From contig CAZUAA010000002.1 in the NCBI GenBank assembly GCA_964618365.1, forward strand, positions 8,084 to 53,766: a DNA stretch of 45,683 nucleotides, written 5' to 3'. Positions 37,355 to 44,667 of this stretch are shown in pieces. The position numbers and the translations under genes were made by a program. Numbering within the stretch: the stretch's first letter is position 1; every line of letters begins with the position of its first letter. The notes below the pieces were generated by a model that was not told the origin of the DNA, ran no database searches, and saw nothing but the letters and a program-made list of their open reading frames with translations. This DNA comes from an uncultured Candidatus Saccharibacteria bacterium. Its GTDB lineage: Bacteria > Patescibacteriota > Minisyncoccia > Phycocordibacterales > UBA9973.

Positions 37355-37466
37355 TGCGCGATATAGGATTTGGTCACAAGTATTTTTCTACTGAAAAATC
37401 TCGCGACCCCGCCTCAGCCCGTCGGCTTCTGGCTTTCGAATCCTATACCCCTGACTTCGTCAGGTG
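37355..37466 (-). ncRNA. Unclassified structured RNA candidate with tRNA-Val-like termini.
   Basis: About 51% G+C over 37355-37451 by my count, in a ~30% genome. An 11-bp closing helix (GGTATAGGATT/AATCCTATATC) encloses two hairpins. It is preceded by the hairpin CCTGAC-GAA-GTCAGG and followed by the terminator at 37326-37353. No cloverleaf can be drawn. Confidence 0.5.
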
Positions 37467-37469
37467 CTG

Positions 37470-37542
37470 TGCACGATATAGGATTCGAACCTATGACCCT
37501 CCCCACGTCAAGGGGATGCTCTACCAACTGAGCTAACCGTGC
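37470..37542 (-). tRNA. tRNA-Val (anticodon GAC), CCA not encoded.
   Basis: Hand-folded cloverleaf: acceptor GCACGGT/ATCGTGC, D arm GCTC-AGTTGGTA-GAGC, anticodon arm TCCCC-TTGACGT-GGGGA, T arm ATAGG-TTCGAAT-CCTAT, discriminator A. Confidence 0.9.
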
Positions 37543-37555
37543 AAAAACAATTCTG

Positions 37556-37642
37556 CGGAAGCGGTGAGATTCGAACTCACGATACGGTTTCCCGCATGCC
37601 ACTTTTCGAAAGTGGTGCATTCAACCTCTCTGCCACGCTTCC
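37556..37642 (-). tRNA. tRNA-Ser (anticodon CGA), type II with a long variable arm, CCA not encoded.
   Basis: Acceptor GGAAGCG/CGCTTCC, anticodon arm CCACT-TTCGAAA-AGTGG, variable arm TGCGG-GAAA-CCGTA, T arm GTGAG-TTCGAAT-CTCAC, discriminator G. Confidence 0.9.
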
Positions 37643-37679
37643 TTATCTTGAAACTTTTACCGATTATACTAAAATAATC

Positions 37680-39185
37680 TTATTTTATCAAACTCTCTCC
37701 CATCATTCCCTCTGGTTTATTTATATCCATAATATCAAAAATAGTAGGGGTTACATCAGCCAAAGTACCTTCTTCTCTTAAAACACCACTATTATCAAAC
37801 ATTATAAAAGGAACTTTATTAGAAGTATGAGAAGTATGCCTTTCTCCTGTTTTTGGATCAATGTTTAATTCTGCATTTCCGTGATCAGCTGTAATAAGGA
37901 AAACTGCATTTCTTTCTTTTACTTTTTCTTTAATTCTACCAAGCTCCCTATCAACAGCTTCAACAGAAGCCACAATAGCTGGCACATTTGCAGTATGACC
38001 TACCATATCTGCATTTGCAAAATTTACAAAAATAAAATCCTTGCCTTCGTCTAATTTTTCTAAAACTTTATTTGTTATTTCGTGAACTTTCATTTCTGGA
38101 GCCATGTCATGAGTTTTTACATCTTTTCTACTTGGGACAAGTATGTATTCTTCTCCTTCATAAGGACTTTCCACCCCACCATCTAAAAAGTATGTTGCAT
38201 GAGCGTATTTTTCTGTTTCAGCTATGTGTGATTGAGTTTTATGATTTAATGATAATTCTTTTGCTAATGTTGTTTCTATTTTAATCGGAGGGAAGACAAC
38301 ATCACAATCAAAATCATCACTATATTTTGTCATTGTAAGTAATTTTAAATTAAGTTCTTCTCTTTTTTCAAGAATTTTACTTGTAAGCATTCTCGCCCTA
38401 TCTGCTCTAAAATTAAAGAAAAATACTCCGTCATTATTTTTAATAGAAAGTTTTTCATTGTTTTCATTTTCAAAAACGATTGGTTCTAGATATTCGTCAG
38501 AAATATAATCTCCACATGAATTATCAACAAAAGAAGAAGTCTGATCTTTGACTATTATCCCCTTACCTAAAAACATTGCGTCAAGAACCTTATCTACTCT
38601 TTCCCAATTATGATCTCTATCCATAGCATAATATCTCCCAGAAAGAGTCGAAATTTTACCAACGCCTAAGTCATGAAGCATATTTTCCAATTCTTTTATA
38701 TAAGAGCAAGCACTTTTGGGTGGCACATCTCTACCATCTGTGAAAATATGAATTGCAATTTTAAAAATATTATTTTTCTTTGCCAATTTAAGAAAAGCAA
38801 AAAGATGATCCATGTGACTATGCACCCCACCAGGAGAAAGAAGTCCTAGAATATGCAATACTGAATTATTTTCCTTTATATGATTAAAAAGTTTTGAAAA
38901 AGATTCATTATTATCAAAAGAAGAATCTTGTATAGCATTGTCTATTCTCACAAGATCTTGATAAACGACCTTCCCTGCCCCTATTGTGGTATGTCCTACC
39001 TCACTATTACCCATCTGCCCCTCAGGAAGCCCTACAGCAAGACCAGAAGCTGAAAGTGTAGTATGAGGAGAGTTTTCCCATAAATCATCAAAATTAGGCT
39101 TTTTTGAAGCCTCTATCGCATTATCCTTTTTGTCTTCTCTGTATCCCCATCCATCCAATACCAATAAAACTACTTGTTTATTCAT
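37680..39185 (-). CDS. gpmI: 2,3-bisphosphoglycerate-independent phosphoglycerate mutase.
   Basis: VLLVLDGWG, MGNSEVGH, ADHGNAE and full iPGM length. Confidence 0.95.
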   Translation of the reverse strand: MNKQVVLLVLDGWGYREDKKDNAIEASKKPNFDDLWENSPHTTLSASGLAVGLPEGQMGNSEVGHTTIGAGKVVYQDLVRIDNAIQDSSFDNNESFSKLFNHIKENNSVLHILGLLSPGGVHSHMDHLFAFLKLAKKNNIFKIAIHIFTDGRDVPPKSACSYIKELENMLHDLGVGKISTLSGRYYAMDRDHNWERVDKVLDAMFLGKGIIVKDQTSSFVDNSCGDYISDEYLEPIVFENENNEKLSIKNNDGVFFFNFRADRARMLTSKILEKREELNLKLLTMTKYSDDFDCDVVFPPIKIETTLAKELSLNHKTQSHIAETEKYAHATYFLDGGVESPYEGEEYILVPSRKDVKTHDMAPEMKVHEITNKVLEKLDEGKDFIFVNFANADMVGHTANVPAIVASVEAVDRELGRIKEKVKERNAVFLITADHGNAELNIDPKTGERHTSHTSNKVPFIMFDNSGVLREEGTLADVTPTIFDIMDINKPEGMMGESLIK

Positions 39186-39268
39186 AAATCTATTATATCA
39201 AATTTTTTAATAAATTAAATATCATTTGCATAATTATTTATTTATGTTATAGTATAAAAAAATATTTT

Positions 39269-39604
39269 ATGAAATACCTAATATTTGGGGTAATATTAGC
39301 ACTTACCCTTATTACTCTAATCATCACTTTATCTTATTTTGTAAAAAAAATACGGATAAAATGGAGCTTTGCTTATCCTTATAGTATAGGCAAGGAAAAT
39401 GTTGGGCAGATATTTAAAATTACCAACGTTAAGAACGACATTTTTGAGTTAATATTAATGATAAAGACTCAAAAAGGAGAACTGAGAGAAACAGAACTCT
39501 CTAACACTTGGTATCAAGTACCTTGTGGTTTTACAAATTTATCTATAGGCACAAATTTTAAAGTGTCTATTTATAATCAAAAAATATACTTTGATGAAAT
39601 ATGA
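39269..39604 (+). CDS. Small membrane-anchored hypothetical protein.
   Basis: N-terminal TM helix (LIFGVILALTLITLIITL). Followed by the terminator at 39604-39630. Confidence 0.6.
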   Translation: MKYLIFGVILALTLITLIITLSYFVKKIRIKWSFAYPYSIGKENVGQIFKITNVKNDIFELILMIKTQKGELRETELSNTWYQVPCGFTNLSIGTNFKVSIYNQKIYFDEI

Positions 39605-39630
39605 AAAGCTGGACCCCCCAGCTTTTTATT
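39604..39630 (+). terminator. Rho-independent terminator.
   Basis: aaaagctgg-accccc-ccagctttt followed by a T run. Confidence 0.75.
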
Positions 39631-39658
39631 ATTAATAAATATTATTTAAATATTTATA

Positions 39659-40183
39659 TTATGTTAATTTTATCTTTCTTCTTATTATTAAAAATAAAAT
39701 AAAAGACACATTAACTAATATCCAAACAAGAGGTGAAAGTAATGTTAAGATATTAAATTTATTTAAAGAAGTAACTACGAGACCATGTCGAAAAGCAGCA
39801 ATCCCCCATGTGGTTATTGATTTTTTATATGGATCATTGAAAGACTTTCTTATTGTCGGAACAAACCCTAAAACATCAGTAAAAACAATTAAAATAATAG
39901 CCAATATCGGTTGATCTATCACTAACCATAAAAAAAGTGAGAATAGAGAAAGAATCAGAAACAATATATCTATTTTCTTTATATTTTTTTCTCCAAATTT
40001 CAAAGAAAGTATAAATATAATTATAAGTATAGATGATACAGAAAAAGTAACCCAAGCTCCCATACCAGCCCCTCCGTGCACTTGAAGTGCCCATGTAATA
40101 GAACTACTAATACTCCATATTAAAAAAGTAAATGGTAGCATAAACATCCAAATCATTATCATTTTTTCCAAATTTGTACCCAT
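39659..40183 (-). CDS. Polytopic membrane protein of unknown function.
   Basis: Five or six hydrophobic helices. The start is uncertain because the 5' end overlaps the upstream ORF by up to 77 nt. Confidence 0.6.
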   Translation of the reverse strand: MGTNLEKMIMIWMFMLPFTFLIWSISSSITWALQVHGGAGMGAWVTFSVSSILIIIFILSLKFGEKNIKKIDILFLILSLFSLFLWLVIDQPILAIILIVFTDVLGFVPTIRKSFNDPYKKSITTWGIAAFRHGLVVTSLNKFNILTLLSPLVWILVNVSFILFLIIRRKIKLT

Positions 40184-40535
40184 TTACAATTTTTATTGTA
40201 TTATTGTTAAAACCATAAGTAAAATTATGGTAAGTACAATTTGTGACCAAACAGATGTTTGGCATCAAATTATGGTTTAAGATGAATGGTTTTTCCTTGT
40301 TAGAAAAATCAGTAGTTCCTGAAGAAGCAAAAATAATCCCCCCAATTATTTTTAATTGATGGTATTCTGGTTGTTTCTCCGGTTTTTCTTTCGTTTGATG
40401 TTCATTGTAAAAAGCTTTTACAGTTTTCCATGAACTAGAATCGGTCAAATTTGAATAAAATTTTTGCTCTGCTTCTTGAGCAATTGTCATTAATGACAAA
40501 AAAATAATAACGAATGTAAGTGATAATTTTTCCAT
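40107..40535 (-). CDS. Secreted hypothetical protein (signal peptide).
   Basis: MEKLSLTFVIIFLSLMTIAQE signal-like N-terminus. Preceded by a TTGACA-N17-TATTAT promoter (40657-40685) and a ~120-nt leader. Confidence 0.6.
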   Translation of the reverse strand: MEKLSLTFVIIFLSLMTIAQEAEQKFYSNLTDSSSWKTVKAFYNEHQTKEKPEKQPEYHQLKIIGGIIFASSGTTDFSNKEKPFILNHNLMPNICLVTNCTYHNFTYGFNNNTIKIVNGYKFGKNDNDLDVYATIYFFNMEY

Positions 40536-40656
40536 TTTTTTTGGTTTTTAAAGTGAATTTTTAGTGAATTACCTCAATCTCCGATTAAGAGACTTAGATA
40601 ATTCACCAAATATTCAAAATATACCAAACATTTCAAAGAGCTATGGTTACTCTTAA

Positions 40657-40685
40657 ATAATAGCATATTTATATGATTTTGTCAA
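40657..40685 (-). promoter_or_regulatory. TTGACA-N17-TATTAT promoter for 40107..40535.
   Basis: Hexamers are tgtcaa at 40680-40685 and ataata at 40657-40662 on the plus strand. Near-duplicate of the 44637-44665 promoter. Confidence 0.65.
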
Positions 40686-40782
40686 TAAGGTTTAATCTTT
40701 TAGATATCCTTAACTATCATACAATCTGATTTAATTATTAATCCTTAAATTAAAAACACTTTTAAATATTTTCCTTTAAATG

Positions 40783-40788
40783 TATAAT
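40783..40788 (+). promoter_or_regulatory. TATAAT box 6 nt before ATG 40795.
   Basis: Sequence match. Confidence 0.4.
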
Positions 40789-40794
40789 GTCTAC

Positions 40795-40896
40795 ATGAAA
40801 AAGACTAAAATAACAAAAGAAGATGGACAATTGGGCATTTTCTTTGTGAATGTTGTCTGTACGATTAGCTGGGGTGTTGGTATTTATGAATGGTAG
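40795..40896 (+). CDS. Possible 33-aa hydrophobic peptide.
   Basis: Hand-translated MKKTKITKEDGQLGIFFVNVVCTISWGVGIYEW. A TATAAT box lies 6 nt upstream of the ATG. Confidence 0.3.
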   Translation: MKKTKITKEDGQLGIFFVNVVCTISWGVGIYEW

Positions 40897-41218
40897 ATTA
40901 AGAAAGAAAAAAATAGGATATATATCATATGGAATATAAAATCATTGTTAGTATTATAGGTATTATTCTTTCAATTGTTGGGTATGGAATTTATATTTCT
41001 GGAATAATTGAAAGGAAAATTATTCCCCTACGCCTGGTATTAATTTAAATTCAGGAGTGGTATCTATTGCCACTGGAATTGAAAAGAAAATTAAGGTTAA
41101 AGAAGAATTAAATTTCTTTCTCTTTGCTGAGTTAGGAAAAGATATTAAATTTAATTCTAAATTGACTTTGTTTATTGGCTTTCATGTCAATATTCAAAAT
41201 GTATTTTAATAAAAAATA

Positions 41219-41257
41219 AAAGTCATAGAAAAGTCATTTTCTATGACTTTTCTGTTT
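41219..41257 (+). terminator. Strong hairpin after the gene-fragment region.
   Basis: 14-bp stem aaagtcatagaaaa/ttttctatgacttt with loop gtca. Confidence 0.6.
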
Positions 41258-41260
41258 ATA

Positions 41261-41316
41261 GCCCTAGAGAGTTCGAATTAGAATCAGATTGTAGAAAGTA
41301 TAATAAAATTTGAGAT
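41261..41316. repeat. Cassette-junction repeat R0 (decayed copy).
   Basis: gccctagagaGTTCGAATtaGAATCAGATTGTaGAaAgTATAAtaaaATTTgAG aligns with R2-R5. Confidence 0.6.
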
Positions 41317-41330
41317 ATTGACTATAAGTT

Positions 41331-41380
41331 AAAAAGAAAACCCGTTTTACGAGTTTCTTTTTATTCGTAAATACGGGTTT
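41331..41380 (-). terminator. Terminator of 41383..42276.
   Basis: AAACCCGT...ACGGGTTT outer stem with a TTTACGA/TCGTAAA inner stem, followed by TTTTCTTTTT on the minus strand. Confidence 0.7.
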
Positions 41381-41382
41381 AA

Positions 41383-42276
41383 CTACTTAAAATTTGGCAT
41401 CAAAATTTCTTCAACATACGGATTTATGAGCCGAAATGATTTGACAAAATTAGACCATTCATTTTTCAGAAACTGGTTCAAATCATTGGAAGATTCCACA
41501 ATCCTTGTTTTCATTACTGCATCAAGTGTCTTGTTTACAAGTAATTCCTGGAAACCCTCTCCAACTTTTTGAGGAATCAGTCTGTCTTTTTGAAATTGCA
41601 AAATTCCATACTTATTAAGCTGAATTTGAATACCTTTACTTAACTTCTTCATGAGAATAAATTCAATAGCAATTTGAAATGATTGTACATCATACTTTAA
41701 TTCTTGCCCATCTGTCATTTTTAAAAGCTTACTTAAAGTTTCAAAAAAACCATTATCATCACCTAATTTAGACATCAGTTCTAATTTCCAATTTAGAGCT
41801 TCAACTTTCATTGTAAGATTTTCTTTAGATCTCTCAATTTCAATGGCTTCAATCATTGTCAAGGCCTGGCTTAATTGATTATTCTCCAAAAGACTAAATA
41901 GGACTTTTTCTGTTCTATAGGTTAAAACAAGATGGTTCATAACATGCTCACGAGTATTCTTAATATTTTTTTCAATATTTTCTAAACTAAGTTGGTATGC
42001 ATTCTTTCTTTTAATTTTTTCTGAAGCACGAAGAAATTCCTCTGTGAGTAACATCATGAATCTCGTCGGTTGATTTTGTCTCAACATAGCTATACTAGGT
42101 AAAGCAAATTTCATTTCATCAAGAATTTCTTGAAGCAATGGTTTAGTAATTTTTTCATCTAATCCGTCAAAGAATTTTCCTTTTATAAAAATTTCAGATA
42201 TCATTTCTGTATTAATATCAGAGAATTTTTTTAAGTCTTCAAAAGTTATTGGTGTAATAGCATTTTTTGTTTCCAT
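41383..42276 (-). CDS. Cassette gene: 297-aa all-helical hypothetical protein.
   Basis: Long ORF with its own TTGACG-N17-TATTAT promoter, a ~100-nt leader and a terminator. No family recognised. Confidence 0.7.
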   Translation of the reverse strand: METKNAITPITFEDLKKFSDINTEMISEIFIKGKFFDGLDEKITKPLLQEILDEMKFALPSIAMLRQNQPTRFMMLLTEEFLRASEKIKRKNAYQLSLENIEKNIKNTREHVMNHLVLTYRTEKVLFSLLENNQLSQALTMIEAIEIERSKENLTMKVEALNWKLELMSKLGDDNGFFETLSKLLKMTDGQELKYDVQSFQIAIEFILMKKLSKGIQIQLNKYGILQFQKDRLIPQKVGEGFQELLVNKTLDAVMKTRIVESSNDLNQFLKNEWSNFVKSFRLINPYVEEILMPNFK

Positions 42277-42384
42277 TATTTATTTTTTTTAATTATTTGA
42301 ATTATTTTATGTTCCTTATAGAAACACAAAATAATTCAAATAATTATTGCCATAAATCATATGTAAAATAACATCATCATCATG

Positions 42385-42413
42385 ATAATAACATTATTAA
42401 TGAATTTCGTCAA
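42385..42413 (-). promoter_or_regulatory. TTGACG-N17-TATTAT promoter for 41383..42276.
   Basis: cgtcaa at 42408-42413 and ataata at 42385-42390. The -35 is 3 nt from the GTGACC end of R1. Confidence 0.65.
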
Positions 42414-42416
42414 TCT

Positions 42417-42475
42417 GTGACCCAAACGAAACAAAATTTGAATCGGATTATAAAGAATTTAAAGGAAATTTATAA
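42417..42475. repeat. Cassette-junction repeat R1 (core decayed, left arm identical to R4).
   Basis: GTGACCCAAACGAAACAAAATTtGAATCGGATTaTaaAGAATtTAAaGGaaATTTAta. Confidence 0.65.
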
Positions 42476-42552
42476 TACTTGATAAAAATAAAAAAATATG
42501 TTATTTTATTACTGATATTTTCTAGTTCTTAATTTTATAATACTAATTTATC

Positions 42553-42891
42553 ATGTCAAAAAAAATCGTTAAATTTATTGTAGTTGGCGATGGCGAGGGC
42601 CAATATTTTAAATTAACTCCTGACAATTTCTTTTACAGAAAAGGAGACTGGAACAATCCCGTAATAACTGGTACTCTTGAAGAAGGAACCGTTGTAACTG
42701 GTGCTTGTGTGATTCTGAAATCATTAATAAATGGTAAAGATCAAACCATTAAAAGTGTTATTTCAAGGATTGAAATTCAAAAAGAAAAAGTCGAAGAAGC
42801 AGTTGCTGGCTCACAAATTGGAATCCGTCTTACAAATGTAGGAACCGGGGCTCTGAGAAGAATCAGGAGGAGCAATAAAATGAGACTGTAA
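42553..42891 (+). CDS. Cassette gene (inverted): stand-alone translation-factor domain-II-like beta-barrel protein (112 aa).
   Basis: VITGTLEEGTVVTGACVIL......I.SIEIQKEKVEEAVAGSQIGIRL resembles the EF-Tu/IF2 domain II pattern (G.V..G.....G......v.sie.....v.eA.AG..vgi.l). Followed by the terminator at 42912-42945. Confidence 0.55.
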   Translation: MSKKIVKFIVVGDGEGQYFKLTPDNFFYRKGDWNNPVITGTLEEGTVVTGACVILKSLINGKDQTIKSVISRIEIQKEKVEEAVAGSQIGIRLTNVGTGALRRIRRSNKMRL

Positions 42892-42911
42892 AAAAATTAG
42901 TGGGAGCAAAT

Positions 42912-42945
42912 AGCGCAGGGATTTACCTCTGCGCTGTTTTATTTT
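42912..42945 (+). terminator. Terminator of 42553..42891.
   Basis: AGCGCAG...CTGCGCT stem followed by GTTTTATTTT. Confidence 0.75.
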
Positions 42946-42953
42946 AAAACTCT

Positions 42954-43015
42954 GTGACCTTGAGGTCTAGTAATTGGAATCGGATTTTAGAGAATATAAG
43001 GGTATTTAGGGTTTT
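42954..43015. repeat. Cassette-junction repeat R2.
   Basis: GTGACCttgaggtctagtaATTGGAATCGGATTtTaGAGAATATAAGGGTATTTAGGG. It overlaps the GATase stop codon. Confidence 0.8.
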
Positions 43016-43566
43016 AAATTAAGCGTTTCAAATATCCACTTAATTAATTTTTCATTTTTTGATATTTCTGGATGAAACTGAAAGCCCAAAATTGGCTTAT
43101 TTATATGTTTAATTATCTCAATTCCGTGTGTTGAAACAGCACATGAAATAAATTCTTCTGGTAGTTGTTTTATTCCCATATGATGTCCTTCTATAACTTC
43201 TAGCACATCTGAACCAATCAATGATTTTAAATTGATATCTTCAATTTTTAAATTAATAATACCCCTATGTTCTGCTGGCAGTTCTTGTAATTCCCCACCA
43301 AAAGATTTTGTTATTATTTCTAGCCCTAGACAAATACCTATAATAGGAATATTTGTTTCTTTTATTAAATTCATTTCAAAACTATATTCATCTGGATGTC
43401 TTAAAACAGTAGGAACATTTGACCCACCAGACAAAATTAGTAAATCATATTCTTTTAAATTAATACTTTTATCTAAATTTTCTTTATTAATTATTTCTGC
43501 GTTAATGAATAAAGATTTTAATTCTTCAATATGTTTTGAATGATTATTTATAATTAATGTTTTCAT
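43006..43566 (-). CDS. Cassette gene: class I glutamine amidotransferase-like protein.
   Basis: Nucleophile elbow IIGICLGLE and GFQFHPE (His-Glu). I prefer the start MKTLIINN at 43566, 6 nt after TGTTATAAT. The last codons lie in repeat R2. Confidence 0.8.
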   Translation of the reverse strand: MKTLIINNHSKHIEELKSLFINAEIINKENLDKSINLKEYDLLILSGGSNVPTVLRHPDEYSFEMNLIKETNIPIIGICLGLEIITKSFGGELQELPAEHRGIINLKIEDINLKSLIGSDVLEVIEGHHMGIKQLPEEFISCAVSTHGIEIIKHINKPILGFQFHPEISKNEKLIKWIFETLNLKP

Positions 43567-43572
43567 TCTTTT

Positions 43573-43581
43573 ATTATAACA
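43573..43581 (-). promoter_or_regulatory. Extended -10 (TGTTATAAT), 6 nt before the GATase ATG at 43566.
   Basis: Reverse complement of attataaca. Confidence 0.55.
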
Positions 43582-43599
43582 AAAAATACTTAAAAGCAT

Positions 43600-43656
43600 G
43601 ATTTGGATCGTTCAAATTGTAATCAGATTGTGGAGAATATAAGGGTATTTGAGGAA
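43600..43656. repeat. Cassette-junction repeat R3.
   Basis: gatttggatcGTTCAAATTGtAATCAGATTGTGGAGAATATAAGGGTATTTGAGG. Confidence 0.8.
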
Positions 43657-43671
43657 TTAAAGTTGTATAAA

Positions 43672-43700
43672 TAAAAAAGAAGCATCCATTTCTGAATGCT
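43672..43700 (-). terminator. Terminator of 43724..44080.
   Basis: Minus strand has a 7-bp stem AGCATTC/GGATGCT (one G-U pair) followed by TTCTTTTTTATTT. The stem is weaker on the plus strand. Confidence 0.6.
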
Positions 43701-43723
43701 CTAATTAGTATTTTTGCGAAGAA

Positions 43724-44080
43724 TTACTTTGCAACTTCTTTTATGTGACCAGTCCTCCGGCGTGTATCATAGTAAAAACGACGGCGTTCATTATCATAAT
43801 TTGGAGAAGAAAGAAATTGTACTTCCCCAAGCCATGAGTCATGTGACCCATCTTCGATGCCTACCTTAGTAAATATTACTTCAAATTTTGGGACAACTTT
43901 AAAACTTGCCCTTGGACCAGTAAGGTCACAAGTAATCTTTACAACTTTGCCATCAAATAGACTGCACATTAAATCAAATTTTGAAGGTCCTTCAGTAATC
44001 TGAAACTGACCTTGCGGTAATTTTTTTCCCATAACGGTAAATTTTAAAAAAACAATTTTTGAAGGCATACGACCCTTCAT
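43724..44080 (-). CDS. Cassette gene: 118-aa hypothetical protein.
   Basis: ORF bracketed by a consensus TTGACA-N17-TATAAT promoter (44112-44140) and a hairpin/T-run terminator (43672-43700). Confidence 0.65.
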   Translation of the reverse strand: MKGRMPSKIVFLKFTVMGKKLPQGQFQITEGPSKFDLMCSLFDGKVVKITCDLTGPRASFKVVPKFEVIFTKVGIEDGSHDSWLGEVQFLSSPNYDNERRRFYYDTRRRTGHIKEVAK

Positions 44081-44111
44081 TTACGTTGCTGAATAACTCA
44101 GTCTTATCTTT

Positions 44112-44140
44112 ATTATACTACTTTGCTAGTTAATTGTCAA
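44112..44140 (-). promoter_or_regulatory. Consensus TTGACA-N17-TATAAT promoter for 43724..44080.
   Basis: tgtcaa at 44135-44140 and attata at 44112-44117. The -35 is 2 nt from the GTGACC end of R4. Confidence 0.75.
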
Positions 44141-44142
44141 AT

Positions 44143-44202
44143 GTGACCCAAACGAAACAAAATTGGAATCAGATTGTGGAGAACATAAGGGTTTTTGGGG
44201 TG
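44143..44202. repeat. Cassette-junction repeat R4.
   Basis: GTGACCCAAACGAAACAAAATTGGAATCAGATTGTGGAGAACATAAGGGTTTTTGGGG. Confidence 0.85.
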
Positions 44203-44209
44203 TTTAAAT

Positions 44210-44237
44210 AAAAAAAAGACACCTAAAGGTAGGTGTC
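44210..44237 (-). terminator. Terminator of 44242..44544.
   Basis: GACACCTA-CCTT-TAGGTGTC followed by TTTTTTTT on the minus strand. Confidence 0.8.
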
Positions 44238-44241
44238 CAAT

Positions 44242-44544
44242 TTAATCAGATTTTCTTATTTGAGTCACTCTCTTTTTGCCAGTCTGATGAATTAATCCTT
44301 CATCACACATCTCCTGAAAATGCATACGTATTGCACCCTTTAGGGTTTCTACAAATTCCTCTGTTTGAATTCCTTGATTGTATGCATCTTTTAGAATTTC
44401 AATAAGAGAAAATGTGTTCGTCATCTTTTTTGCAGGAGACTTAGGGATTAAATAAGAAAACACACTATCAAAATCTTTTTTCGAAACTTCATGCATAATG
44501 TGTTTATACATTAAACTAGTTTCATAAACTTTAACTTTTTTCAT
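44242..44544 (-). CDS. Cassette gene: 100-aa hypothetical protein.
   Basis: ORF bracketed by a TTGACA-N17-TATTCT promoter, a leader hairpin and a terminator (44210-44237). Confidence 0.65.
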   Translation of the reverse strand: MKKVKVYETSLMYKHIMHEVSKKDFDSVFSYLIPKSPAKKMTNTFSLIEILKDAYNQGIQTEEFVETLKGAIRMHFQEMCDEGLIHQTGKKRVTQIRKSD

Positions 44545-44636
44545 TGTATTTAATTTTATTGGTTTTCACAAAAGACAGTTATTTTTTGTCTCCTCTGAAA
44601 ACCAATAAAAAAATTCAAAGAACTATCACTTCTTAG

Positions 44637-44665
44637 AGAATAGCATATTTATAGCATTTTGTCAA
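44637..44665 (-). promoter_or_regulatory. TTGACA-N17-TATTCT promoter for 44242..44544.
   Basis: tgtcaa at 44660-44665 and agaata at 44637-44642. The -35 is 2 nt from the GTGACC end of R5. Confidence 0.65.
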
Positions 44666-44667
44666 TG

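Noticed and set aside
37355-37466. tmRNA (the 5' GGGG-N-GGATTCGA resembles the tmRNA 5' end), a standard or intron-containing tRNA, or a small SRP RNA.
   Set aside because: Only about 110 nt are available before a terminator and the next CDS. There is no tag reading frame and no ...CCA acceptor pairing for GGGG. No 7-nt anticodon loop or cloverleaf can be drawn. The fold is a three-way junction rather than the single long SRP hairpin with a GGAA loop.
37354-37781. ORFs 37354..37536, 37414..37620 and 37539..37781.
   Set aside because: They overlap the two tRNA genes and the structured RNA, and they owe their openness to the GC-rich RNA sequence.
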